Assembly: GCA_965231015.1 (NCBI GenBank)
Contig: OZ246408.1
Location: forward strand, 346,158-394,487
Length of the DNA stretch: 48,330 nt
Direction of reading: 5' to 3'
Source of the DNA: an uncultured Gammaproteobacteria bacterium
GTDB lineage: Bacteria; Patescibacteriota; Patescibacteriia; UBA9934; CAZDDW01
Positions 17,119 to 25,316 of this stretch are shown in pieces. Below the pieces are notes generated by a model. The model saw only the letters and a program-made list of their open reading frames with translations, did not search any database and was not told where the DNA came from. Each line of letters begins with the position of its first letter. The stretch's first letter is position 1. The position numbers were made by a program, and so were the translations under genes.

Positions 17119-18234
17119 CTAGAGCTCGATGCCGTCGTCCGGCACCGTGCCCTGGTACTCGGGCACAGTGCCGGATCGGCTCGGCTCGGTACCGACAGCG
17201 CGTCGTTCCTGCTCGGCTCGCAGGTGCGAGTCGAAGGCATGGAAGAGCGCCATGGCGTCGCGCTTGCGCCGACCCGAGTTGGCGGCGGAGGTTCCGAAGG
17301 CGATCAGTTCGCGTCGGATCTCCGATTCTTTGCCCAGGTCGTCGATGGCGAGTGCCACGAGCTCGGCCGAACTCATCTCGGCGAACCGACAGCGTCCAGC
17401 CTCAGCGATCTGTTCAGCCAGTCGCCGCTTGAGCTGGTCGTGCTCGTTGAAGCATTGCTGACGCTCTGCTCCTGTGAGCCGCTCGCGCCCGGCGGCACGG
17501 CGCATCTCGTTGATGCGCCTGTGTGCCTTGTCCTTGCTCGTCGAGAGCAAGGCGGTCAGGATGTCACCGGGGCTCGCCAGCACGGCTTCGGTGGTGAGAC
17601 CGGCTCCGGCGAGCGGGGCGATGAACTCGGCCGCGTCTCGCTGCTGTTCGGGCAGCATTGCCCGAAACCGCCGTAGCAACCGGTTGACGTCCCGCTTGGT
17701 GCCTTCATCGGCACGCAGCTTCGCGGGCTTGGCCGGACGGTGCTTGCGCGGCTTGGCCGGCTTGCGGCCGACGTAGGTCTTCATCTCCTCGCGCAGGAGT
17801 CCGCACGCGCTACCCCGCTTGCCGCGCTTGGAGCGGCGCTGGCGCTGACCGCGTCCGTCGTAGCTCGAACGCGTGCCGCGGGGGGCGGCGCTGATCACCT
17901 CATGAAGCTCGGTTTCGAGCTCGTTCACGAGCTGGTCGTAGGCCAGACCGTCGCGGAGGTCGTCGTCGAACTCGAACGGCTGGACCGCGAGCTCGAACTC
18001 GCCCGCGGTGTCGTCCTCGAGTTCATCACCGAGGATCCAGGTCTCGAGCACGTCCCGGTTGGGCTCGTGCTCGGGCTCTTCCTGAGCCGTGATCTCGAAC
18101 GGGTTGAAGATCTGACGCGTTCGCCAGATCTCCCGGTAGTCCTTTCGCCACTCGTTCCAGCTCTGCTGCTGGAGCTCGGCCGAAGGCAACCTTCCGATCA
18201 ACATCCACTTCTGCTGGTTCAACAAATTTTTCAT
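17119..18234 (-). CDS. hypothetical 371-aa protein (acidic N-terminal part, Arg/Lys-rich centre, helical C-terminal part)
   Basis: Longest frame in the islet, with pronounced GC3 bias. ATG at 18234 (MKNLLNQQKW) is preceded by AAAGGAAA. No catalytic motif recognised. Confidence 0.7.
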   Translation of the reverse strand: MKNLLNQQKWMLIGRLPSAELQQQSWNEWRKDYREIWRTRQIFNPFEITAQEEPEHEPNRDVLETWILGDELEDDTAGEFELAVQPFEFDDDLRDGLAYDQLVNELETELHEVISAAPRGTRSSYDGRGQRQRRSKRGKRGSACGLLREEMKTYVGRKPAKPRKHRPAKPAKLRADEGTKRDVNRLLRRFRAMLPEQQRDAAEFIAPLAGAGLTTEAVLASPGDILTALLSTSKDKAHRRINEMRRAAGRERLTGAERQQCFNEHDQLKRRLAEQIAEAGRCRFAEMSSAELVALAIDDLGKESEIRRELIAFGTSAANSGRRKRDAMALFHAFDSHLRAEQERRAVGTEPSRSGTVPEYQGTVPDDGIEL

Positions 18235-18313
18235 CAAGTTTCCTTTCGGCCGTGAGCGGCCAGGGACCCCATTGGCTGGTCCGGATCGACATCCTCGTCT
18301 TAGAGGCGTCGCG

Positions 18314-18349
18314 TTAAAAAACAAAAAGGCACCCCAAAAACGGTGTCCT
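18314..18349 (-). terminator. terminator-like hairpin between the 36-aa ORF and the 371-aa ORF
   Basis: Minus strand: AGGACACC-loop-GGTGCCTT followed by TTTGTTTTTT. Confidence 0.4.
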
Positions 18350-18461
18350 CCCTTAAGTTAGCAATTTGCCATGCGGAAACATCGAATTCGGATTCAATAT
18401 CTCTGCGCGGCGGGGAAGGGGTGAACCTTCCCCGAGAGATTGGAACCGAGCAGGTTCCAAT

Positions 18462-18572
18462 CTAACTGACCGCCGTGAGGATTGCCGGCAAGGCGATCAT
18501 GATACTAACGGCGATGATTGCCGTCAGACCAGTGATCGACCGGTGGCGATTTTCCATCTCTTCGTTGCTCAT
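18462..18572 (-). CDS. 36-aa hydrophobic peptide MSNEEMENRHRSITGLTAIIAVSIMIALPAILTAVS (single TM)
   Basis: Not in the ORF track because it is under 60 aa. ATG at 18572 is preceded by GGGAGGAAG. TAG at 18462-18464 is followed directly by two hairpins (18439-18461 and 18412-18433). Confidence 0.5.
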   Translation of the reverse strand: MSNEEMENRHRSITGLTAIIAVSIMIALPAILTAVS

Positions 18573-18603
18573 GTCTTCCTCCCGAGGCGGTGTTGTTTGA
18601 GTT

Positions 18604-18805
18604 CCGCCCATGACTCTGAGGAGCTCCCCCGTGCTAAAGACGGGGAAGAGGCACAGTGACCGTTACAAAGTAACAGGTGTATGCCGTGATGATCAGGTGT
18701 GTGGCACAAGTTAGCGTTGCCAAGTTGTACCACTCGATCATCGCCGTGTCCTTTTAGCATAGCCATCCGGACAACGGATTAACCCTTCCTCAGAGTCATG
18801 AGCGG
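18604..18805 (-). promoter_or_regulatory. structured leader closed by an 18-bp long-range helix
   Basis: 18788-18805 pairs with 18604-18621: 17 Watson-Crick pairs plus one G-U, but only in the minus-strand sense. About 166 nt are enclosed, with internal hairpins. It ends about 30 nt before the peptide ATG. Confidence 0.45.
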
Positions 18806-18816
18806 AAAATGTAATG

Positions 18817-18941
18817 TAAAAAGCTGATTACTGGGTTTAATCGGGGAATAAACACAATAATCAGCTCTTTCTCTCTCTCCCCAAGTCTATTTTTATCCGG
18901 CTTCGACCCCGGATTGATGCTAAAAATAGCAATTATTTTGA
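18817..18941 (-). ncRNA. promoter-proximal stem-loops ending in a terminator-like hairpin (small RNA or attenuator)
   Basis: Stem-loop at 18887-18929 (CTATTTTTA/TAAAAATAG with inner ATCCGG/CCGGAT). A 9-bp hairpin AGCTGATTA/TAATCAGCT (18822-18866) is followed by a T-run. Confidence 0.3.
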
Positions 18942-18947
18942 CTGTTC

Positions 18948-18976
18948 AATATAGCATAAAAACAGACTTTTGTCAA
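18948..18976 (-). promoter_or_regulatory. sigma70-like promoter driving the islet-3 minus-strand transcript
   Basis: Minus strand: TTGACA (18976-18971), 17 nt, TATATT (18953-18948). Confidence 0.55.
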
Positions 18977-19211
18977 GCCTCAGACACAAAAAATATGCTA
19001 AAATTAGATAAATTTGCTCGGTTATCTTTCTGAGAGAACCACTCAGCCTCGGACATGCAAAATGTCAGGTTGAATCTTAGCCTTGTTATGATGCTCGCCG
19101 ATCAAGAGTCAATGTTATTAGTCTTTTAAGGCAATTTTGTAATCGGTAAGCAAATTTCTCTCAGAAAGGATACCCTCGCAGTGGGAATGAAACAGGAGGG
19201 AAGCGCGGCAA

Positions 19212-19240
19212 TTGAATTGTTAGCCTTAATCAGCTATAAT
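19212..19240 (+). promoter_or_regulatory. sigma70-like promoter of holB (near-leaderless)
   Basis: TTGAAT, 17 nt, TATAAT. The ATG at 19250 lies 10 nt after the -10 element. Confidence 0.5.
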
Positions 19241-19249
19241 TTAGTCATT

Positions 19250-20224
19250 ATGAGGCTTCAAAATAACAAGCCCCGTCTTTCTGACGAAAGTAAACGGAGC
19301 AAATCAATTATCGGTCATACTAAAATTTTAGATTTGTTGCAGCGTGGGGTTAAAAATAACTCTGTGGCTCATGCCTATGTTTTTTTAGGGCCGGCTCGAA
19401 TTGGAAAAAACACCGTGGCCAAGTGGTTAGCTCGTCAGCTGCTGAATGACTTTGAGGGTTCTTTTGAAGCCCATCCAAACGTTTCTTTGGTGCGTCGTGA
19501 ATACGATGAAAAAAAGAAAAAATTAAAATCCAAGATTTCCATTGAGCATATTCGGGCGTTGCGTGAGCGGCTAGGAATGTCTACTTTCGGACAAGGTTGG
19601 AAAGTTGCAATTATTGAAGAAGCCGAGACCATGAGTTTAGATGCGGCTAACGCACTTTTAAAAACACTGGAAGAGCCAAGTGGTCAGACCACAGTAATAT
19701 TAATTGCTTCAAGCGAAAACGGAATTCCAGCCACCATCTTTTCTCGAGCTCAAGTGATTTATTTTAATCTGGTGCCAAACCAAGAAATCAAATTAGCTTT
19801 TCAGGACGATGTTTTAGTGGATGAGCTGGTCGCCCACGCCGCTGGCCGGCCAGGTGTTGCAATCAGTATGAAAGATGACGCTGAAGATTTTGAGGCTCGT
19901 CGGCAAACTGAGCAGGAGTTCTGGCAGTTGCTGGAGGGAACGCTTTCGGAACGAATGGCAGCAGCAGCTCGGTTACCAAAGGGTGTGTCGGCTCGAGAGG
20001 ATGTGCGAGCTAAATTGAATCGGTTTGAGGTTAAGTTGCGCGAGTTGCTGTTGATGGCCAGTGGTTGTGATGAACTGGTAAGCTCAGCTCAGGCTAAACG
20101 TTTGGCGGGCAAGGATTCTAATCATTGGAAAAAAGCTTTGCAGACATTGAGTGAATGTCGATCCGCTCTTGAGGCCAATACTAACCCACAACTTGTGCTT
20201 GAAAACTTTCTTATCAAACTATAA
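19250..20224 (+). CDS. holB: DNA polymerase III subunit delta prime
   Basis: Contains HAYVFLGPARIGKNT and KVAIIEEAETMSLDAANALLKTLEEP. Start chosen at 19250 because the track start at 19181 lies upstream of the promoter. Confidence 0.75.
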   Translation: MRLQNNKPRLSDESKRSKSIIGHTKILDLLQRGVKNNSVAHAYVFLGPARIGKNTVAKWLARQLLNDFEGSFEAHPNVSLVRREYDEKKKKLKSKISIEHIRALRERLGMSTFGQGWKVAIIEEAETMSLDAANALLKTLEEPSGQTTVILIASSENGIPATIFSRAQVIYFNLVPNQEIKLAFQDDVLVDELVAHAAGRPGVAISMKDDAEDFEARRQTEQEFWQLLEGTLSERMAAAARLPKGVSAREDVRAKLNRFEVKLRELLLMASGCDELVSSAQAKRLAGKDSNHWKKALQTLSECRSALEANTNPQLVLENFLIKL

Positions 20225-20248
20225 AAATATTTTATAAAAAATAAAAAT

Positions 20249-21304
20249 ATGCGCATTTTTAAATTATCAATTCCGTTACTCGTGCTGGTACTCATGGGAG
20301 CCGGGTGCCTTGGTTTCGGATCCAAGAGTTCGCCTGACGGTGGTGTGTGGAAATCAACTGACGCCGGACTTACTTTCGTACAATCCACTTCTTTGCCAAC
20401 GGCCAAGGGAGTTGATTCAATTGCCAGCGTTAATGTGCTTGATTTTGCCTTTGATCCGCAGGATCGATATGCTCTATACCTTGGTACCCGTTCCAATGGA
20501 ATGCTTTTTAGCTATAACGGTGGCCAAACTTGGATGCAGCCTCGGGAAGAAGAGTTACAATCCGGTTCAGTGCTGGCAGTTGAGGTTGACCCAACGGATA
20601 AGTGTACGCTTTATGCCATCAAATCAACCAGGTTTATGAAGAGTGAAGATTGTGGCCGAACTTTTGATGCAGAGATGTACGTGGAAACCCGACCGGATGT
20701 TCACTTAACCGATATTGAAATTGATTTTTATGACTCGCAAACTATTTGGATGACCTCGGATGATGGAGATGTTTGGCTTAGTACGGACGGGGGCGAAAGT
20801 TGGAACCGATCAGTCAGTATTAAGGGGCCGGCTACGGGTATCATGATTGATAACGCGGATTCACGTATTGTTTATATTTCAACCGAACGGCGTGGTATTT
20901 GGCGCACGGATGATAAGGGAGAGAACTGGGTTGATCTTCAGGATAATTTGGAAGATCGAGACGGTATGGACATTATTAAATACATGACACAAGACGCAAG
21001 TGGGGAAATCATGATGTTGGCCACAGAATATGGATTAATTCGATCTGCGGACAACGGGGAGACTTGGGAGCGTCTAAGATTGTTAACTTCAGCTCGAGAA
21101 GTAAATATTCCGGTGTTGGCCATTGACCCGAATGACCCGAACGTGATTTACTACGCCACAGCCGCCACCTTCTATTCTTCTAAAGACGGTGGAACCAGTT
21201 GGCAAACTCGGGAAATGCCAACCAATAAAACAGCTACATTCTTAGCTATTGATCCAGAAAACACTAATATAATTTATCTTGGAGGAGCTACATTTGATGA
21301 ATAA
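20249..21304 (+). CDS. BNR/Asp-box repeat lipoprotein (beta-propeller, sialidase/Ycf48-like fold)
   Basis: Lipobox LMGAGC. Seven SxDxGxTW-type boxes: STDAGLTF, YNGGQTW, SEDCGRTF, STDGGESW, TDDKGENW, SADNGETW, SKDGGTSW. Confidence 0.75.
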   Translation: MRIFKLSIPLLVLVLMGAGCLGFGSKSSPDGGVWKSTDAGLTFVQSTSLPTAKGVDSIASVNVLDFAFDPQDRYALYLGTRSNGMLFSYNGGQTWMQPREEELQSGSVLAVEVDPTDKCTLYAIKSTRFMKSEDCGRTFDAEMYVETRPDVHLTDIEIDFYDSQTIWMTSDDGDVWLSTDGGESWNRSVSIKGPATGIMIDNADSRIVYISTERRGIWRTDDKGENWVDLQDNLEDRDGMDIIKYMTQDASGEIMMLATEYGLIRSADNGETWERLRLLTSAREVNIPVLAIDPNDPNVIYYATAATFYSSKDGGTSWQTREMPTNKTATFLAIDPENTNIIYLGGATFDE

Positions 21305-21308
21305 ACAT

Positions 21309-21860
21309 ATGAGTATTGTATTAGAACAAAAACCGGCGTTAACACAGGCGTTTGAATATTTGCAGGGGGAACTAGGAACTCTTCGTACCGGGCGAGCGAC
21401 CCCGGCCCTTGTTGAGGACATTAAAGTGACCGCTTACGGAACTGAACAACCACTCAAGGGGCTGGCCTCAATAAACGTGCCGGACTCTAAGACTCTTTCG
21501 GTTGAACCTTGGGACAAGTCAGTGCTGAAAGACATTGAAACAGCTATTCAAAATGCTGACCTTGGGATCAATCCGGTGGTTGATTCGGACGTGGTGCGGC
21601 TGGTAATGCCTGAGATGACCGAAGAGAACCGAAAGGATATGGTGAAAAAAATGAAGGAGAAGCTCGAAGAAGCAAAAGTGAAGATGCGTCGGGTACGGGA
21701 GGAAGCGCGTGATGTGATTGGTAAAATGGAAAAGGACAAGGAGATCAGTGAGGATGAAAAATATAAGCTTCAAGAAGAGCTGGATAAATTGATCAAAGAG
21801 TATACGGACAAAGTAGAACAACTGGGAAAAGAAAAGGAAGAAGAAATCATGACGGTTTAG
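21309..21860 (+). CDS. frr: ribosome recycling factor
   Basis: Contains LGTLRTGRATPALVEDIKV and PWDKSVLKDIETAIQNADLGINP. Start at 21309, just after the upstream stop at 21304. Confidence 0.9.
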   Translation: MSIVLEQKPALTQAFEYLQGELGTLRTGRATPALVEDIKVTAYGTEQPLKGLASINVPDSKTLSVEPWDKSVLKDIETAIQNADLGINPVVDSDVVRLVMPEMTEENRKDMVKKMKEKLEEAKVKMRRVREEARDVIGKMEKDKEISEDEKYKLQEELDKLIKEYTDKVEQLGKEKEEEIMTV

Positions 21861-21890
21861 TTAATTGTAAATGGTAAAAGTAAATTGAAT

Positions 21891-23279
21891 ATGGTAAGTG
21901 ACAAAATGGATAAAGTAGTGGCGCTGGCTAAAAAGCGTGGTTTTGTTTTTCCGGGTTCAGAAATTTACGGCGGTCTGGCTAATTCATGGGATTACGGACC
22001 ACTTGGAACAGAACTAAAAAACAATATTCGTGATTGGTGGTGGGATCGGTTTGTACACTCGCGGGGAGACATGGTGGGACTAGACGCGGCTATTATGATG
22101 AATCCAAAAGTTTGGGAGGCTTCAGGTCACGTTTCTAATTTTAATGATGTCATGATCGATTGTAAGTCGTGTCATGCGCGACACCGAGCGGACCATTTAA
22201 TCGAAGACAAATATCCGGATATGCAGGTAGACGGACTGGAGCCAAAGGAACTCGGCAAGATCATCGTGGAAAAAGAAATCGCTTGTCCAAAGTGTGGTAA
22301 CAAAGAGTTTACTAACGCTCGGCGTTTTAATTTGCTCTTCAAGACCCAAATCGGAAAAGTTGAAAATGAGGGCAGTGATATTTATCTGCGAGGAGAAATT
22401 GCTCAGGCCATGTTTGTGAACTTTAAGAATATTTTGAACACCTCTCGAAAACGGGTGCCGTTTGGGATTGCGTCAGTTGGAAAAGCCTTCCGAAACGAAA
22501 TTACCCCGGGGAACTTTATTTTTCGCACTCTTGAATTCGATTTAATGGAGTTCGAGTATTTTATTCGGGAAGACGTTTGGGAAAACACGTTTGAAATGTG
22601 GCTCGCGGAAATGCAGGCGTGGCTCAAAGACATGAACTTTGACGAATCGAATTTACGAGTTCGAGAACATACCGCTGAAGAGTTGTCGCACTACTCAAAG
22701 CGAACCGTGGATATTGAATATGAAACTCCGTTTGGTTGGAAAGAGATGTTTGGTTTGGCTTACCGAACTAACTTTGATTTGAAAAATCACATGAAGGAGA
22801 GTGGGGAAGACATGAATTATACTGATCCGGCTACAGGAGAGAAGTTTATTCCGCATGTAGTTGAACCAACCTTTGGTTTGTCTCGACTGACTCTGATGTC
22901 TATGCTTGAAGCCTACACCGAGGAAGAAGCTCCAACAGCAGATGGTGGAGTCGAGACTCGGGTGGTGATGAAGTTTCATCCGCGACTTGCCCCTTATAAG
23001 ATTGCTGTACTGCCGCTTTCGAAAAAAGATGAGCTTGCAGTCGTCGCTCGACCAATTTGGGAGAGTCTGACCAAGCGGTGGTTTACGGATTATGATGAAA
23101 CACAATCAATCGGAAAGCGCTACCGCCGTCAAGATGAAATCGGAACTCCGTATTGTGTGACAGTTGATTTTGATTCTCTTGAAGACAAGAAAGTAACCGT
23201 TCGTGATCGAGATAGTATGGAGCAAGACAGGGTAGCGATTGATGAACTCGAGTCATATTTTGCTAAACGACTCGGATAA
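21891..23279 (+). CDS. glyQS: glycine--tRNA ligase (homodimeric class II)
   Basis: Contains RGFVFPGSEIYGGLANSWDYGPLG and FRNEITPGNFIFRTLEFDLMEFEYF. First ATG at 21891. Confidence 0.9.
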   Translation: MVSDKMDKVVALAKKRGFVFPGSEIYGGLANSWDYGPLGTELKNNIRDWWWDRFVHSRGDMVGLDAAIMMNPKVWEASGHVSNFNDVMIDCKSCHARHRADHLIEDKYPDMQVDGLEPKELGKIIVEKEIACPKCGNKEFTNARRFNLLFKTQIGKVENEGSDIYLRGEIAQAMFVNFKNILNTSRKRVPFGIASVGKAFRNEITPGNFIFRTLEFDLMEFEYFIREDVWENTFEMWLAEMQAWLKDMNFDESNLRVREHTAEELSHYSKRTVDIEYETPFGWKEMFGLAYRTNFDLKNHMKESGEDMNYTDPATGEKFIPHVVEPTFGLSRLTLMSMLEAYTEEEAPTADGGVETRVVMKFHPRLAPYKIAVLPLSKKDELAVVARPIWESLTKRWFTDYDETQSIGKRYRRQDEIGTPYCVTVDFDSLEDKKVTVRDRDSMEQDRVAIDELESYFAKRLG

Positions 23280-23280
23280 T

Positions 23281-24546
23281 ATGCATGATAAGTTTACTTT
23301 GGACAATGGAATGAAAGTTCACTTGTTGCCTTACAAAGGAACCGAGGCTGCTACTTGCTTAGTGCTCGTTAAGGTTGGTTCACGGTATGAACCGGCACAC
23401 TTAAACGGAGCCAGTCATTTCATCGAGCACTTGCTTTTCAAGGGGACAAAGCGTCGACCGGACACCACCACAATCAGCCGGGCTCTTGATTCAATTGGAG
23501 CTGAATTTAATGCCTACACCGGAAAAGATCGTACCGGATACTACATTAAATCAGCCGGATCGCACCTGCCTTTAGCGATAGATATTTTGCATGACATGAT
23601 TTTTCATTCCAAGTTTGCTCCAGTAGAAGTCAATCGGGAGCGCGGGGTGATCATCGAAGAAATAAACATGTATCACGATAACCCACTTTTATATGTGGAA
23701 GATCTGCTTGAGCAAACTATTTTTAGTCCAAGCCCTCTTGGTCGTGAAATCGCTGGAACTAAAAAGACCATGCTTAACATGACCCGTAAGGAAGTGGTTA
23801 GGTTTTATGAAAACCATTATGTGCCAAGTAAAATGGTGTTAGTGTTGGCCGGAAATGTTGATGGAGTTAAGACAAAAGAGTTGATCAAGAAAAAGTTCGG
23901 TCGGGTAAAGGGTGCGGTTCAAGAGAGCCCGGTCTTTATTCCCTATACAGCACGCAATAAAAAAACACGGACCAAAGTTCAATATAAAAAAACCAAGCAA
24001 ACCCAAGTGGCTCTTGGGTTCCCTTCTTATGGACGATCAGATAAACGTGTTCCAGCGGCCAAATTATTGGCTTCAATTTTGGGGGGCAGTATGAGTTCTC
24101 GCTTATTTATCTCGATTCGTGAACGCAAGGGGTTGGCTTATTTGGTTCGAGCGGCGCAATCGGAGTATGAGGATGTTGGCACCTTTATGATCCAGTCCGG
24201 GTTGGACATGAGTCGATTGGATTTGGCGGCCAAAACTTTGAAAAGGGAATTGCGAGCAGTAAAAAAGAAAGGGGTAACCGCTGAAGAGTTAAAACGAGCC
24301 AAGGATAATTTACGTGGTCGGGTGACATTGGCGCTTGAGGATTCAATGCGACGAGCTGAGTTTTATGCTGAACAGGAGTTATTTCTTGGCATGGTGAAAA
24401 CCCCAAAACAGCGTCTTAATGAGTTTGACAAGGTGACACGTGCCGAGGTACAAAAAGTAGCGAACGAGGTTCTTGATTTTAAGCAAATGCATTTAGCTGG
24501 TATCGGATCCTATAAAAAACCAGAAGCATTGAATAAGTATTTTTAA
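23281..24546 (+). CDS. M16-family zinc peptidase (insulinase-like)
   Basis: The HFIEH (HxxEH) motif sits in GASHFIEHLLFKGT. ATG at 23281, 2 nt after the glyQS stop. Confidence 0.85.
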   Translation: MHDKFTLDNGMKVHLLPYKGTEAATCLVLVKVGSRYEPAHLNGASHFIEHLLFKGTKRRPDTTTISRALDSIGAEFNAYTGKDRTGYYIKSAGSHLPLAIDILHDMIFHSKFAPVEVNRERGVIIEEINMYHDNPLLYVEDLLEQTIFSPSPLGREIAGTKKTMLNMTRKEVVRFYENHYVPSKMVLVLAGNVDGVKTKELIKKKFGRVKGAVQESPVFIPYTARNKKTRTKVQYKKTKQTQVALGFPSYGRSDKRVPAAKLLASILGGSMSSRLFISIRERKGLAYLVRAAQSEYEDVGTFMIQSGLDMSRLDLAAKTLKRELRAVKKKGVTAEELKRAKDNLRGRVTLALEDSMRRAEFYAEQELFLGMVKTPKQRLNEFDKVTRAEVQKVANEVLDFKQMHLAGIGSYKKPEALNKYF

Positions 24547-24547
24547 T

Positions 24548-25315
24548 ATGAAAATTGTAATTGCCAACTGGAAGATGAATTTAACCGTTCGTGAAAGCGT
24601 GGCTTTAGCGCGAGGCGTATTACGTGGTATTCGAGGAAAAGTGAAATTGCCTGAAATTGTACTGTGTCCGTCTTTTCCTGCTTTGGGCGAGATGCGCAAG
24701 ATTATGGCTCGTAGTAAAATCAATCTGGGAGCACAGAACGTGCACTGGGAACCAAGTGGGGCACAAACAGGTGAAGTGTCAACGCGTCAATTAGCAGAAT
24801 CAAAAGTATCACATGTTATCGTGGGTCATTCTGAACGTCGCGCTTTGGGAGAGACTGACGAAATGGTGAATAAAAAAATAAAAGCTGTTATGGACTCCAA
24901 GATGATTCCGGTCTTATGTCTTGGTGAACCAGCAGGTGTCCGCAAGAAGGGAGGAGATGAAGCGGCTGCTTATGTCCAAGATCAACTCAAAGCGTCTTTG
25001 GACGGTGTACGCTTCAACAACAAACCTTTCTTTATTGCTTATGAACCCATTTGGTCGATCAGTTCCAGTTTTGTTAAACAAGCTACACCTGAAGAAGTGG
25101 TCAACATGCACGAGGTGATTCGTAGTGAACTCGATAAAACTTACGGCCATGATGATACTACTAAGGTGCATATTATTTATGGTGGTAGTATTAATAAGGC
25201 AAATGCTCATTCGTTTTTACGTGAGCCGGCTGTTGAAGGTGTGTTAGTTGGGTCTGCCTCGATCAAGTTGAGTGAGTTTAACGAGATTATTAAAGTGGCT
25301 ACCGAAGTTGAATAA
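24548..25315 (+). CDS. tpiA: triosephosphate isomerase
   Basis: Contains IANWKMN, VGHSERR, AYEPIWSI and YGGSI. Confidence 0.9.
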   Translation: MKIVIANWKMNLTVRESVALARGVLRGIRGKVKLPEIVLCPSFPALGEMRKIMARSKINLGAQNVHWEPSGAQTGEVSTRQLAESKVSHVIVGHSERRALGETDEMVNKKIKAVMDSKMIPVLCLGEPAGVRKKGGDEAAAYVQDQLKASLDGVRFNNKPFFIAYEPIWSISSSFVKQATPEEVVNMHEVIRSELDKTYGHDDTTKVHIIYGGSINKANAHSFLREPAVEGVLVGSASIKLSEFNEIIKVATEVE

Positions 25316-25316
25316 T

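Larger units (their letters stand above)
16521..18810 (-). other. GC-rich islet 3 (foreign-looking block; all coding on minus strand)
   Basis: 40 of 60 G+C at 17221-17280 versus 24 of 60 in host genes. Strong GC3 bias. Strong SD sites. Confidence 0.7.

Noticed and set aside
17129-18292. Several long ORFs on the plus strand and in other minus frames within the GC-rich island (110, 150, 100, 171 and 88 aa)
   Set aside because: High G+C suppresses stop codons in all frames. These lack SD sites and give Arg/Ala/Pro-rich junk. The 17119-18234 minus frame has the GC3 bias and an SD.
18569-18766. 65-aa His/Cys-containing ORF (MAMLKGHGDD...CHTPDHHGIHLLLCNGHC...), considered as a second metal-binding peptide
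   Set aside because: It has no SD. It spans one arm and the interior of the 18-bp helix, and it overlaps the SD and ATG of the 36-aa peptide. An RNA-structure explanation is more economical. Kept only as a remote possibility.
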